Of a stretch of DNA of 64,000 nucleotides, positions 36,003 through 49,939 are shown piece by piece. Under the pieces are notes generated by a model. It saw nothing but the letters and a program-made list of their open reading frames with translations. It was not told where the DNA came from and searched no databases. The stretch lies in the NCBI RefSeq assembly GCF_963921235.1, contig NC_086108.1, positions 25,978,001 to 26,042,000 of the forward strand. Reading direction: 5' to 3'. Position numbers and translations under genes: made by a program. How positions within the stretch are numbered: position 1 is the first letter of the stretch; every line of letters starts with the position of its first letter. Origin of the DNA: Mobula hypostoma (lineage: Eukaryota).

Positions 36003-38464
36003 TAGATGCAAAGACCAAATCCCAGCTGGATGAATGGAAGGCCAAAAATAAAGGAGTCAATGGAGATACGAAAACAGAGGATTTGTCTGTTGATATTGCA
36101 GATGAGGAAATCAAACGATCAGATTGTAAAGGAAGCCATAGAAGGATTAACAAGAGAACACTCCCGTGAATTCCAAAATCACCTTCCAAAATCAAAATGC
36201 AAAAACTAGGAGAAAAAGGAAGGAGAGGGAAGGTAGCTACCACTTTTAGAACCATTTCCTGCAGTCTCAAACTCAGCTTTTACAACCACCAGGACAGATC
36301 ATGCTATATGTTAACACCAAGGAATTTAAAGCTGCTTATCAACCTCTGTCATAAACATTCTCAGTGTCCAAGCCTTCACAGCCCTCCAGTAAAGATATCA
36401 AAAGATTCTCTATTCTCTGGGTAAAGAATTATCTTCTAACCTGGATCTGAATGCCAACCTCCTATTTTGAGACTGTGACATTAGTTCTATACATCTCAGT
36501 CAAAGGAAACATCATCCCTCTTTCTACTGTGGTGATCCTTGTATGTTTTAGCCATGTCCTCATCCATTTATCTGCCAGCCAAATTTCTTTTAAGTCTCTC
36601 TTCAAATTCCTTAGAGTTATCAGCCGCAAACTTGAATGTATTGTACTTAGTTCCTATTGGCATAAATTGTAAACAGCTGAGGACCCAGATCTTTCACTTT
36701 ATTTTCTAAGACATATGAAAATATAATTCTAGTAAACTTTATTCAGCACACAAACCCAGGTACCAACATATTTTGTTTATCTCCTAGGAACAACATTTAT
36801 TGTTCATTTTTAGAAACAAAACTCCTTTAACTCATGTCTGAAGAGCTCGGTGTGTCCATTTGTGAGACTACCCAGTTTAAACGAGTCAAAAACAAGTCAT
36901 TATCTGCATTGCCCACTAAACTGTGGTGGGACCTCACATCCCACCAAAACCATAAACTCATTGATTTCCTGAACTTATCTGTGAGTTCAAATATTCTTTC
37001 TGAAAATGGTAATTTAATTTCTTCAGAAGCTTCCTCAGAGTAAATATTAGGTGTTTGATCTAGTTTACAGATGCAGTTCCTGCCAAAAAGGATACAGATT
37101 ATCCCTGTTTTAACAGGAGGAGAAAAATCTCTCAATTACTCCATGGGGAACCTACTGTACAGTCACATGCTGAGAAAGATGAGAAGTCAAATTCTGTTTT
37201 ATTGGCAAGATATAATTGAACTTTGATCAGCAGTTTGAAATATTTGTTGAGATCTATTTATTTTTAGACTTCTTCCTCTTCATTTACTCCCAGGGTTTTA
37301 ATTCACATCATTTTACAATGTCACATCCGACCCATGCCTGCCCCATTGGTACAATGCACCAATGTACAGATGGTAATCTTCATGCAAACCTGACAAACTA
37401 TTTGAAGGTTGGCATTCAGAATAACAGATCAGTCTGACATTATCATCAACTTTTCAGTGGAGAAGGATTATGTGTCGGAAACTGGTATGATTCATCCCAC
37501 CTCTAATGCCCCCAGTCATTGCAGTCCAGGAAACTGACAGCAGCACAGTGAAACCACCAGTGCAGCTGAACCACAGTTTATAGAGATGTAATGCAAACAT
37601 TGGGAGAGAAAAAGATTGTTATTTCATAATGCACCATTGCCAATGAAGAATAAAAGTTCTTACTAAGTTTTGTGATTGAGAGGTTACAGGATGCATGAGG
37701 GAATTAATTAATCTTACTGTTCAATAAGGCTTACTACCACAGCTGGCAATTTACTTGCTCACATTAACATCAACAGGAGTTGGTTTCATACCAGGAAAGT
37801 CGTCCCTCTATGCATGAAGCTGGAAACCTCTCCACAGCATTAGACTGACAAAATGCTCTTCCTGAGGGGCACCATCTGACACAGTCAGATGCTTGCTGTT
37901 CTGTGCATTTGATGAAGAGAACCTGAGCGTAGGAAGGAGATTGGCACTATAACAGATTATTTAAAAGCCAGACCTCCACTCTTGAAAGGTCGTCTGCAAA
38001 CCAAGGAGAAATCTTTTAACTGTAAACAAATCTTGTCATTATCTGATGAATCAGAAAGACAGCAGCATGAAAACTTTTAACAGATAATGGTCTAAATCTT
38101 TTGAGCCACTAGCCAATTAACCTGACATTTTTTTTCTACTCCGTTCCTCCTCCTTACTTACCAAACTGCAAGATTTATGAACTGAAGCACTATACCTGAT
38201 AGGCTAATCTGCTAAGCATATGCCCACAAAATTGCAATGAATTTTAAGAAAGCATTTACTGGGATTGTAAAGCACTTGAAAAAGTATGGTAAATAGTAAA
38301 AATCTTTGTTTTCCATTGTAGTGTATTTAAGAAAATCAGGTGTAAGGCAAGAAGAACAGAAATAGGGTAGATATTAGGCAAATTTTCCTCTTAGCAAAAA
38401 CACGTTATGGCCAGAGGGCTTAAGCTTAAGGAAAAGAGGAAGAGGTTCAGAGGATATCCTAGGG

Positions 38465-38544
38465 CAGGGCTTCCTAAACTTTGTTGCATTATGGATCCTT
38501 ACCATTAACTGAGGGGTCTGTAGACCCCAGGTTGGAATCTCCTG
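38465..38544. mobile_element. Short hAT-like MITE inside a CR1 3' fragment
   Basis: cagggcttcctaaac...ggttggaatctcctg imperfect TIRs; related copies near 49719-49800 and 55590-55645. Confidence 0.6.
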
Positions 38545-39602
38545 TGACCTAGGTGAAATTATTTCACACAGAGGGTGGTTGGAGTCTGGAATGTTCTGGC
38601 TAAAGAGATGATGGAGGCAGATATCCTAACGACTTTTAAGAAGCACTTAAACAAATACTTGAATTGCAAAACACAGAAGGCTATGGACCTAATGCAATTG
38701 AAAGGGTGTCAATAAATGCTACAGATGGCATGTTTCTGTCCTATATATTTCTAACTTCATCTTATGGAATGTGTACTGGGCTAGCAGATACAATATTATC
38801 TATCATCTAAAGCATTCCCATGAGGCTGCTGGGCAGGGACTTCCACGATTAATATCCAGCAATGATGAAGGAGAGGCAACGGAGTTTCAAGTCTGGAAGG
38901 TGGTTATGTCTCTGTGTACCCAAAGATTATAGGTTAGATGCTGCCTGAGCAATCTTTGTTAGGGTGCATTCTGGAATTAGGGTATACAGTAAATATTAAC
39001 TTCCTCAGCAGCCAATCTTTAGATATGAACATAGATTGTAGGTAAAATTTAAAATGCAGCCCTGAACAATAGTTTTTCTGGAGCTGCGGACTGGAATTGA
39101 CTGCAAACCAGACAATGCTGATTAACATCCATTTTGGGTTCTGGAGTGCGGTGCAAAGAAAGAGGTGTCTGAAAACTGTATGTAATTCAAAGGAAGCATC
39201 ATAGATACATTGTAACTATAGAATTTTCCTACTGTTACCTTTGATCTGTAACATATAAAAATGTCATGTAATATTGGGTTTGGAGGCCTCTTTCTCCAAG
39301 TGTGTCTCAATATGATGTCTGCTGCTCATTTTTGTTGAATAAATCACTTCTATATCCACTCACTTCAGTGACTTGGTTCACGTTACAACAGTCTTGATGA
39401 GTAACTACAATGAATTTTGTAAAGGATACCCATTGTATTGAAGGGGCAAAATGATTTGGTGATAGAAGAGACACAGATCAAATGGGCTGCTTTCTCCAAG
39501 GCGATGTTAAGCATCCAACTGTGGTTGGAGCTGCACAAACAGACAAGTGGAGAGTATTCAATTCAGATGATGATATGTGTTCTTCTATGATAGTGGAAAA
39601 GG

Positions 39603-40200
39603 TTCCTGAGAAAGCTAAAGAAATTTGGCCTGTTCCCTAAAACCCTCACTAACTTTTATAGATGCATCGCAGAAAGCATTCTTCTAGGGTGCGTCACAAC
39701 CTGGTATGGGAGTTGTCCTGTCCAAGACCGGAAGAAGCTGCAGAAGATTGTGAATACAGCCCAGCACATCACACAAACCAATCTTCCGTCCTTGGACTCA
39801 CTTTACACTGCACGCTGTCAGAGCAGTGCTGCCAGGATAATCAAGGACACGACCCACCCAGCCAACATACTTTTCATCCCTCTTCCCTCCGGAAGAAGGT
39901 GCAGAAGCTTGAAGACTCATATGGCCAGATTTGGGAACAGCTTCTTTCCAACTGTGATAAGATTGCTGAATGGATCCTGACCCGGATCTGGGCCGTACCC
40001 ACCAAATATCCGGACCTGCCTCTCGCTTTTTTTGCACTTCCTTACTTTCCCTTTTCTATTTTCTATTAATGATTTATAATTTAAATTTTTAAGATATACT
40101 ATCGATTTATACTCCAGGGAGCGGGAAGCGCAGAATCAAATATCGCTGTGATGATTTTACGTTCTAGTATCAGTTGTTTGGCGACAATAAAGCATAAAGT
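39603..40200 (+). mobile_element. Young Rex1/Babar-like LINE 3' end
   Basis: ESILLGCVTTWYG, LPSGRRCRSLK and NSFFPTVIRLLN; tail gacaataaagcataaag. Confidence 0.85.
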
Positions 40201-40480
40201 TTCAAGGTTTTGGTATTGGAAGGTCAATAGCTCACAGCAGGATACCTTGGCTCTGACTGACTCTTATAGCCACATCATTTGTACTGCTTCTCCAGTTGAG
40301 GTTCTGTTCAGTTGTAATTCTCTGAAGATTGATGTTCATCTTCTCAGCGATGGCCGTGCCATTGAGTGTCAGGGATAGGTGGTACCTATAAGGTACAAGT
40401 TGCTTATAGGCACTTGTTTGGCACTTTTGTGGTACGTAGAGTAGAGTATGTCATTTAACATTTATCAAAATAAGTTTATA

Positions 40481-41013
40481 CCCTCAGTGGCCACTTTATT
40501 AGGAACACCTGTACACTCGTGTTAATGCAAATATCTATTCAGCCAATCACGTGCAGTAACTCAATGGATAAAGGCATGCAGACATAGTCAAGAGATTCAA
40601 CTGTTGTTCAGACCATACATCAGAATAGGGAAGAAATGTGATCCCACTGACCATGGAAAGATTGTTGGTGCCAGATGAGATGTATCTCAGAAATTGGGAT
40701 TTTCTGTAAAGTTTATAGAGAATGGTGTGAAAACCGAAAAAAAGAGCATCCAGCAAGCAGCAGTTCTATGGGTGAAAGCACCTTGTTAATGGGAGAGGCC
40801 AGAAGAAAATGATCAGACCGGTTCAAGCTGATGGGAAAGCAATAGTAACTCAAATAACCATGCATGCAACAGTGGTGTACAGAAGAGTATCTCTGAATGC
40901 ACATCACATTGAACCTTGTTGTAGATGGCTGCATCAGCAGAAGAGCGCAAGCATACACCGTGTTACCCCTTTATTAGGTATAGGAGGCACAGGTGGTAAC
41001 TAATAAAATGACA
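40481..41013 (+). mobile_element. Non-autonomous Tc1 derivative retaining N-terminal transposase remnants
   Basis: TIR cagtggccactttattagg after TA, degenerate right TIR ctaataaaatgac; ORF 40809 has VQADGKAIVTQIT. Confidence 0.7.
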
Positions 41014-41133
41014 ATATCATTTGACACTTGTCAATTTATGTTTATATACTGTATCAGTGCTTTGTTGCATCAGGTATGAATTGCCAAATTGTTGAGGAAC
41101 TGTGAATGGAATTCAACACTTTGCAGTTCCACC

Positions 41134-41349
41134 TGTTGTGTATTCATTATTTCAGTAGCATTTGTAAATATATTTTTCAATAAAGCATTTAAATAATTCA
41201 TTCCCCATTGTGAATTTCGTATATCATGACACGACCATGTGATATGTCCACAGCTCGCTTAAAGTAAAACTCAAAGTTACGACTCACATTTCAGACTCTC
41301 GTGTCTTCCTTTGAATCAGTTTAATGTTTTGAAGTTACAAAGCATAACA
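41134..41349 (+). mobile_element. Solo Gypsy LTR
   Basis: TGTTGTG...CATAACA with perfect 5-bp TSD CCACC. Confidence 0.88.
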
Positions 41350-41842
41350 CCACCCATCCACTAACCCGCCTCTCCACACCACCAATCACCACTACTTCAT
41401 CATTTCCAATCAGTTACCTTATACACAGCTACTCCTGTGCCGAGCACCACTTTATCAACATACAATAAATCTATGTATATGTGACTTTATGTATTTATAT
41501 ATATTGTATGTGTGATTTTATTATTATTGTGTTCTGTAACTTTTATGTTTTCTTAGTGCTGAATTGAATCTGCAGTAACAGTTATTTTGTTCTCCTTTAC
41601 ATTTGTGTACTGAAAATGACATTAAACAATCTTGAATCATGAGCAAACCTTCCCACTTGACCTAACAATAAAGGAAGGTTGGATCTGATATGATGGTTCT
41701 GATATCACCTAGGAGTATCAATTGCCTGCTGTTTGTTCCTTTTGACTTCACTTGATACAGCTTCACCAAAGTAACAGCTCATTTTATGACACGTAGTTCC
41801 ATCCAGAAATAGATTAAATTAAAGAGAACTACTATAACTTCC

Positions 41843-41940
41843 AAACAACAGGAATTCTGCAGATGCTGGAAATTCAAGGGTCTTGGGTCTCGGCCTGAAA
41901 CGTCAACTGTACCTCTTCCTAGAGATGCTGCCTGGCCTGC
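41843..41940. mobile_element. Miniature inverted Penelope terminus pair with truncated hammerhead
   Basis: aaacaacaggaattctgcagatgctgg joined to gggtctcggcctgaaacgtcaactg...gcctggcctgc; the CTGANGA box is missing. Confidence 0.75.
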
Positions 41941-44204
41941 TACTATTATAATTCAATACTACTGATCATGTAATAGCAGAAAATCACCATCACCATTTCT
42001 ATAGAGCATCATAAGGTTTAGTCTTAATTGTGAAGAGAATTTTCTTGATGGATTACAAGAAGTGGCAAATGAGCGAGGACTCAAAATATCTTTCAAGACC
42101 AAATTGGATTAACTCTATTTTGAAGAGGAAATATATTTGTCCTATGAACAGTAGTGTAACTTATATGAAAATTCTGACAGGTAGATTACCATGATGCAGA
42201 GAAATTAATCTGATGCATTGGTCACAGATTCCAACTCATTGCACCACATCCACACCAATCTTCACACATTTATTGTGACTCCCAGTCTAGCAGGAGAACA
42301 ATATCTGCTGGAGATCTCCTATAGTACCTGAAAGTCAGAAGGATTTGAAGCAATTCTATCTATTTGGGGCTTATTAGCCCTTCATAATTTTTTCTCCCAC
42401 TGTAATCATGTTAGAGTGAATGATAGCTCCAGAGTGAGAATAGGTTTGAATGATCCTTGTATCAAATTTAGATAGGAAGCTGTAATTCTACATCAACCAT
42501 GGCATTGGGTACAGATCCTCTGATAGAAAATTGTAGTGTGCACATAACTTATTTATCATGGATAACTAAATGTGTCATTCTCACATCCAGCTGCACTGGA
42601 AATAGGGAATATGCAGGTTCTGTGAGCAAATAGCAGGAAGCAATCTAAGAAGGATTTCATTTAAAGGTAAGGACTTCTAAAATTGTTTTAAGATGTCTGG
42701 TTTTTATAACAACACAAATACACTGTAGCTGGCACCTTTTGATCTTATGGACTGGAAAAGGACTGGTTTGGTAATTTGTGCAACTAATTGGGCTTAAAAC
42801 AATAAAAATAAATCACCTGGAATAAGCTCAGTCCGTTAAAGTGAAAATGATTTTAAAAGTGTAAATGTAAATAGAATGTGAAGTCCCTATGAAATAGAGT
42901 AAAAAAGCTTCCATTTTTCTGTAGATGTGTGTGATATAGAGTAAGTAAAACAAGGGTTACAGACTAGACAAATGTCAAAACTAAAAACATTCCCTGTTGA
43001 AGAAGTTTGATAAGCTTAGAAAAAAGCCCTTGTCTGAATTCTTTATGAAATATTGCAAAAAAGTTGGATGCATTTCAATTAAGCTTCCATAGTTCAGAAA
43101 AAAATTACCTTCTTGGGCACTTCACCCTCTATGAAATATTCAAGTTCAAATCAATTTATAGGAGTTATTAGCTAGACATAAAACCCATTTAAAGCATATC
43201 CTTTCACCACTATCATTGTTAAAGTTGTATGGAGTATTAAAGTCAAGTTAAAATTAAAATTGTATAAAGCTCCAACTGTCAGATTAGTAAAGCCGATGAA
43301 GAAAATAATAATTCCAAAATTTGTCTAGAAATATTTCAGGCCAGATGAAATATTTCCTGAGAAATAATAGTAAAAGGGATGAAGCTGTGGCATCAAGTGT
43401 AAAAAAAAGATATTATTTTCCACCAGAGGCTTCTTCATCCATTTGTCTGAAAAATATCAAAGGAAACTATATTGTTACTAGTGAGGAAGGGAGAGTTTAT
43501 AAATGAACAGTGCAAATTTTTCACTGCAGCACATTCTCCTTCTCAGAGAATTTATTTACAATAATAGAATCAATGTTACGCATTAGAACTTCAACCTTGT
43601 ACACCTGCTTGACAGAAAGATGGATTGGATGAGAGAGCCAGAGGTCAGAATGCTCAATTTGAAACCTTCTGTTATTGTTAAATTTAATATTGAATGTACT
43701 GACCTGCAGCTCATCAACTACCAAGAGTTTACACTTGAAACACGATATTGCCCCATACTGTGGCATTGTAAACATTGCACCATTTTCATCCTTGCTTCAG
43801 CCTCTGCTCTGAGTAAATCCACATTCTTGGTCATATCAGCCTCTTTCATTTCATAGATATCTCTCTCCACTGAGTTAATCCTTCTCCAATCCTTTGCCAA
43901 ACTTTAGCTCAAATAAATTTTGAAACCCATATTCCTAGCCGCCTCCTTGACTTTTTATCTCCTGTGGCTTTGAAGCTTCCATGGTTTCAATCACTTTTGA
44001 ATGCTGGTATTATCTTCCTTCCACATTCATTTTTTTCCAAACACCACTCCCCTCTGCGTGCATCTATTCATCTATCCTTTCATATTCTTCTCCTGTTTCC
44101 TTCACTGGATCAAACTTGTAGTCTTGCTCTGAGTTCAGGTTCTTCATTTGCCTTTAATTTCTCTCCTATCTCTACCCAAGCCTTGTCTGAGCCTCCATAG
44201 AGAC

Positions 44205-44470
44205 TCGTCCAGTATGGAAACAGGTCCTTGAGCCTACCAAATCCAGCTGAACATTGTACTGATTTTACACAAATCCTGCTCTCATCTCCGTTTATTCTCC
44301 CCACATTCCCATCAGCTCCTGCCAGATGCTATCACCCAGACGCACACTAAAGGACAATCTGAAGTAGCCAATTAACCTGTCAAACCACATGTCTTTGGGA
44401 TGTCGGAGGAAGCCCATGCAATCACATTAAGAACATGCAAATTTCTCACCGGGAACTCTGGAGGTCAGGT
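44205..44470 (-). mobile_element. V-SINE-like element
   Basis: gccaattaacct...catgtctttgggatgtcggaggaa...cccatgcaatcac, the reverse of the V-domain. Confidence 0.65.
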
Positions 44471-44529
44471 TGGCTACTCTATTCCAATTAAATCAAAATT
44501 ATAAATGCCAACGTTCACTTCATCATTAG

Positions 44530-45910
44530 CCAGCTGTGAGGTTCCTTAATACAGGAGGGTGGCTAATGTCATTCTGCTGTTCAAGACAGGTAGTGTGGAC
44601 AAGCCAGGGAACTACAGGCCAGTCAGCCTAACATTGGTGGTGGGAAGTTACTGGAGGGAATTCTGAGGGACAGAACCTGCTAGCATTTGGATAGACAGTC
44701 TGATTAGAAGGAGTCAGTGTGGCTTTGTACCTGGAAAATTGTGTTTGTCAGACCTTTAAGTTCTTCAAAGAAGTAACTAAATGAGTATTTGAGGGTAAGG
44801 CATTGGAAATTGTCTTTTGAACTTCAGCAAGACCTTCAACAAGGTCCCACAGGCAGGCTGCTCTGAAAGGTTAGGTCCCATGAAACCCAAGGAGGGCTGG
44901 TTAGATGGATTTAGCATTGGCTCACGGGTAGCAAGCAAAGAGTGGCAGTTGAAGGTTGCTTCTTGGAATGGAAACCAGTGGCAAGTATGTGCTGCAGGGG
45001 TCAATGTTGGGAACTTTTTTGTACATTATTTATATGAATGATTGGGATGTGAATGCACAAGACGATCAGTAAGTTTGCAGATGACACAAAATGAGGAGGA
45101 GGGGTTGACAGTAAAAAACGTCATAAGTAGATTACAGGGAGATCTTGATCAGTTACAAAAGTGGGATGAGCAGTGGGAAATAGATTTCAATGCAGATGAA
45201 TGTGAGATAATGCATTTTGTAAAGTCACACCAAAGTAGGACTTGTACTATTAACAGCAGGGCACTAGGGAGTGCCATGGAGTAGGGGAACCTAGAACATG
45301 ATTGCTTCATTGTAAATGATGTCACAGGTGAACAGAGTGGTGAAAAAAAGATGAGTTTAACATACTGGCATTCAGGACATTGAGTATAGGAGCTGATTCA
45401 TTATGTTGCCATTGTACACGTAGTAGGTGAGTGCACACCTGGAGTGCAGCATACAGCTTTGGTCACCCTGGTTTAGGAAAGATCTTACATTGGAAAGAGT
45501 GCAGAAAAGGTTTACGAGGATGCTCCTGAATTATAGGGGGTTGGCCTGAGTTAATCTTTGTTCCTTGGAACTTTGGTGAATGTCGAGTGACCATATTGAG
45601 ATGCTTATAATTGAGAGGCATAGATAAGGTGGATGATGTCTTTTCCCCAGGGTAGGGGAGTTCATAACTAGGGGGACATAGGCTTAGGGTGAGAGGTAAA
45701 AGTGACTTTGGGCAACTTTTTTCACAGAGGGGGTGATAGTATACGGACTGAGCTGCCAGATAATGTGGTTGAGGCAGGTTCAATAGTCGACATGCAGGAG
45801 AAGGGTCTGGAGGGATCTGGAAATTGGGACTAGCTAGTTGGACAACGTGACTGACATAGACTAGCTAGGCCAAAGAACCTGTATGCATGCTGTAATGCTC
45901 AATGATTGCA
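44530..45910 (+). mobile_element. Degraded CR1 ORF2 and 3' end
   Basis: gggaactacaggccagtcagcc, FSKTFNKVP and LQGDLDQLQKW. Confidence 0.85.
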
Positions 45911-46989
45911 ATACTCTAAAACAAAATTACTGGATCAAATCACTCTTCAGTTTTTCTACAAGGCTAAATAAGAATTTAGCTTATGTTTGGCTTTGATTCT
46001 GCATTACATCACAGACCTTCCACTGGGCTAATTTTGTATGACAGTATTAAACACAGATTAATAGGTACAGGATTATTGGTCTTTCTCCAGTGTTATTTGC
46101 AGCACAACTGGTCAGGAACATTACACAGGATGAATCTAATGAGAGTTGAGCATTAGATTAGAAATCTTGCCTTTGGGAAAACACCACCAGTCAGCTGCAG
46201 GGTAAAGTATGAGCAATCCATGTTATTTTATGGCACCAACAATTAAGTTATCAGCCCAATGATGCTAACAATTGAACATTATAATCTCTTCCTTTTGCAG
46301 CTTCTGAGTTCAGGCTGCAATGATTTTATTGCTTCACATAAATTTATCACCAGTCTGCATCTTGGACTGGAGAACAGTGTAAGACCTTTTGTGCTCAAGA
46401 ACAGTTTGCAGTATGGTTTGAGTGAAGTAGAACTAAATTAACACAAAAACTAGAAGAACCAGCAAGAGATCTCCCCTGGTTTTGTCACTTCTATGGAATG
46501 CAGGGACCTCTGATGCTCCACATTCATCCGGCAACAATCAGAAGATTAAATCTATTCATTGTTGTCAGATTGATTTGTTCTGTTGTTATACTGTTGTTAC
46601 ACATAAAATTTGCTCATCTCTTTATAAAAAGCTTCATTTCAGTTTGGACTGTGCTCCATCTGTTCTTGGATATAAATAGACACCATTTTTGCCATCTTAC
46701 TGAAGTTGCAGATGTCACAGCTGTGATCATTCATCATTATTATTTCTCCTTTCTTCATGAAGTTAGTGAATCATTTTGGGTTTAGTTCAACTCAAAGGCA
46801 AGTGGCTATTTCTCATGTACAAAAAGGACTTTCGGCAGACTATTCCTTCCTCATCCATTACCACAGGCAGACATCCTAAAGCAGGTCAGTGATATGAATC
46901 AGCATTCTTCTTGACAGGGAAGCTTGAGACGGTGCAGTGTGTGAAGTACTGACTGAACTGAGATTTAAAAGTATAGACACAACGTAATA

Positions 46990-47250
46990 AACTCAGTCAA
47001 AAGGTAGTGGATTCATGTTCCTCTCCAGAGTCTTAAGCACATAAACTTTGGCTGGCTTTTCAGCATTGATGGAAGTGCCATCATTTTATTGAAGCACCTC
47101 ATTTGCTCTCCCACGCTGATGTGAAGAGTTATTTCAAAGCATTATTCGATGATATCCTGCCTAATACTTAACATTTAATTCCTATACCTGTAAAAAGGAT
47201 TACTTTCTATCACTATACTTTTGGTGCAATCTTCTAATATGCAAACTGGC
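46990..47250 (+). mobile_element. Possible ancient Deu-domain SINE relic
   Basis: gtggattcatgttcctctccagagtcttaagcacataa...ggaagtgccatc resembles the DeuSINE head and core as recalled; highly diverged. Confidence 0.4.
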
Positions 47251-47349
47251 TGGTGTACTTGTTTTACTTGATTTGTAGAGAAAGAGAAGGGAATTGCAGA
47301 TTGGTTATCCTGGTATCAGTAGTGTAGAAAATGCCGGAGTACTTGTTAA

Positions 47350-49270
47350 ACACAAAAGAAAATAGGAGCTGGAGAAGGCCATCTGGTCCCTCAGACCTAC
47401 TCCACTATTCAACACACCATGCCTGATCTGACTGGGTCTCATTTCTCTTCTATGCCAGTTCCACACAGTCATTAATTCCCTAAACTTTCAGAAGTGTATC
47501 CATCACTTCTTTAAATGTCACTAATGACTTGGCCTCCATTACTGTCTTAGAATTCCAGTTACTCATTATCTTTTGTGAGAAGTGTTACGAGAATACACAT
47601 AAAATTAAGATGTTTGCTGGCCTGGGCTAGCATCAGTGGCATCAGCAGTTGGTCTGCCACCTGCCCTCAGGGGAAGGAGAGATAAGGAACAATGGAGCAG
47701 CGTCTGGAGATGTGTAATGAAGGGATGTGGGAGAGAGAGCTGTCTGGAGCGGCTCCCCTCTTTGAACCTTGAACTGTTTGAAGTGATGGACAGGCGATAC
47801 CCCAGCAGGGGGATAAAAGGGACAGGTTCGCTAAGACAGGGACACACGCCACCCGAGGTAACGAAACCCTGGAAGCGGTGCGCCTCTCACGAGTGGTGAG
47901 AAGTACCGGACAACGCACAGGGTGGAAAGGTACGATCAGTGGGAACCCGGTGTGTGTCCGCCCTTGCCTGGGTGCCGGGTTCACTGCAGAGGATCGACCG
48001 CATCTGGAGGAGGGGTCACAGTCGGTGACCTCAGGTGACATCACCAAGGACCTGCCCAAAAGCTGTTTGCGAGCCATCTCGCTGGTCTGTGAGTGAAGCC
48101 GTTCTGAATGATCAGTTGTTCCTGTTCTATGTCTCTCTTCCCCCACGTTGTCCACCGCCATGGCAATGATTACTGCGAACTGAACTACTAACTGGACTGA
48201 ACTTTGAGTAATTTTGAAATTGGTCATTTACCCCTAGACAACGATAGAGCTTGATTGATGCTGTTATCTTAATTCTGTGTACATGTGTGGTTATCATTGT
48301 TGAATTGTTGCATTTATTATCCTTTCGATTACTGTGTTGCTTGTTTCTTTAATAAAACTTTCTTAGTTCTAGTACTCCAGACTCCAACTGAGTGATCCAT
48401 TTCTGCTGGTTTGGCAACCCAGTTACGGGGTACGTAACAGAAGAAACCCTAAAAACTTCAGGCTTAAAGCTTGTAATGATGTTCCCTTGTTTCAAACTCT
48501 CCACAGATGGACACATCTTAACATCTACCCTGTCACATCATGCCGTCCTTTAACCTTACATATTTCTGCAAAATCACCTCTCATTCTTCTACAAAGAACA
48601 CTGATCCAATAGATCTGATCCATATGTAAGTCAGCAGACATTTCATCTCAGGAATTAGCTTGTGAATCTTTTATGGACTTACCTGCAACACTCACACCTC
48701 TTTTCCTAAATAAGGGAACCAAAGCTGTGCAGAATTCTGAAGCTGTGACTATTACTAAAACACACTGCAATAAACCCTTTGTGATAAAGAGCAAGATATA
48801 ATTTGCCATCCTAACAATGCACTGTAGCTGATAGCTAATATTTGTTTTTGATTCATGCATAAGTGAACCTAGTTTCCACTTGAGATCATTTTTTGCAGTC
48901 TCTTTTCATTTGGATGATGGCCTGTTTCTTGATTCCTTACTTAAGTACATGACCTCACATTTTCTCACATTAAACTATGCTTGCCAATTTTTCACCCACT
49001 CACTCAGCTATCTATATCCTGTTGCAGAGTCACAATATCCTAAAAGAAACCTGTCAACCCACCTATTTTCATGCTATTTGGGAAACTTAGATATAGTACT
49101 TTCTGCCTCCTCCTCCAGATTATTACATACTGTAAATCGCAAATAATTGAGGGTTAAGAACTGACCTTGGGGCATTCTACTAGTTCGGTAAAGGACATAT
49201 TTATTCTGACACTTCTGTGTGATACCCAGAATTCAATTCATTCTAACAAGCTTTCCCCAATGCTGTGTAC
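47350..49270 (-). mobile_element. Old CR1 3' fragment interrupted by a solo LTR
   Basis: aaaataggagctggagaaggccat tail; CR1 antisense body resumes after 48443. Confidence 0.7.
47583..48439 (+). mobile_element. Young solo LTR (857 bp)
   Basis: TGTTACG...CGTAACA terminal inverted repeat, 4-bp TSD GAAG, AATAAA at 48351, CpGs retained. Confidence 0.92.
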
Positions 49271-49939
49271 CAAAGTCATAAATCAAGTTTACTCTCATAA
49301 GCACATACATACAAGTCAGCAGCAACACAAGCAAACGGCATGAGAGGCACAACATGCACAAGAAATACACAAATTAAACACAAAACATATAAAAGCAAGA
49401 ACACAATTAAATCAAAGAAAAAGTTAGTTGTTCTGCAAAGTGGTGGAAGTGGTTACTGTGTCGCTTACAAAGGTAGTGATTAGGTTTATGTGAGTTGGTT
49501 CAAGACTTGAATGGCTGAAGGAGGGTAGCTGTTCTTGAACCTGGTGGTTTGCAACGTTGGGCTTCTCTACCCCCTGCCTGATGGTAGCCGATGGTGGGGA
49601 TATTTGATGATAGATGCTACCTTACTGAGACAGCACCACATGTAGTTACTGGCAATAGTGAGGAGCTTTTCATGTGGTATCTTGTCAAATGTCTTCTGGA
49701 AATCCAAACAGTTGACAACAGGGGTTCCCAACCCCTTTTTATGCCATGGATCCCTACCATCAACCGAGGGGGGTCGGTGAACCCCAGGATGGGAACTACA
49801 AGTTCCTTGTTCTACAAGTTTGTATTTTTTTTTCAAAAATATGGTAGCAGGTTATTTGGAAAACAGGGAAAGAATAAGACAAGGCAATGTGCAACTATGA
49901 AAGGAAATAAAACTTTAACAAATAAGCCAGAATTTTTTT

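Larger units (their letters stand above)
32025..36300 (+). pseudogene. RBM25: RBM25 processed pseudogene (N-terminal RRM region) in three pieces: ~32025-32221, ~35130-35300, 36003-~36300
   Basis: TTIVFVGNISEKASDML / LLAKCALVLSCKRIQGASGKSQAFGFHEYKDPESTL / LDAKTKSQLDEWKAK...DQIVKEAIEGLTREHS, with stops and frameshifts. Confidence 0.9.

Noticed and set aside
29181..41349. One complete Gypsy provirus bounded by the two related LTRs
   Set aside because: The second LTR has its own CCACC duplication on both sides, which does not match the flank of the first
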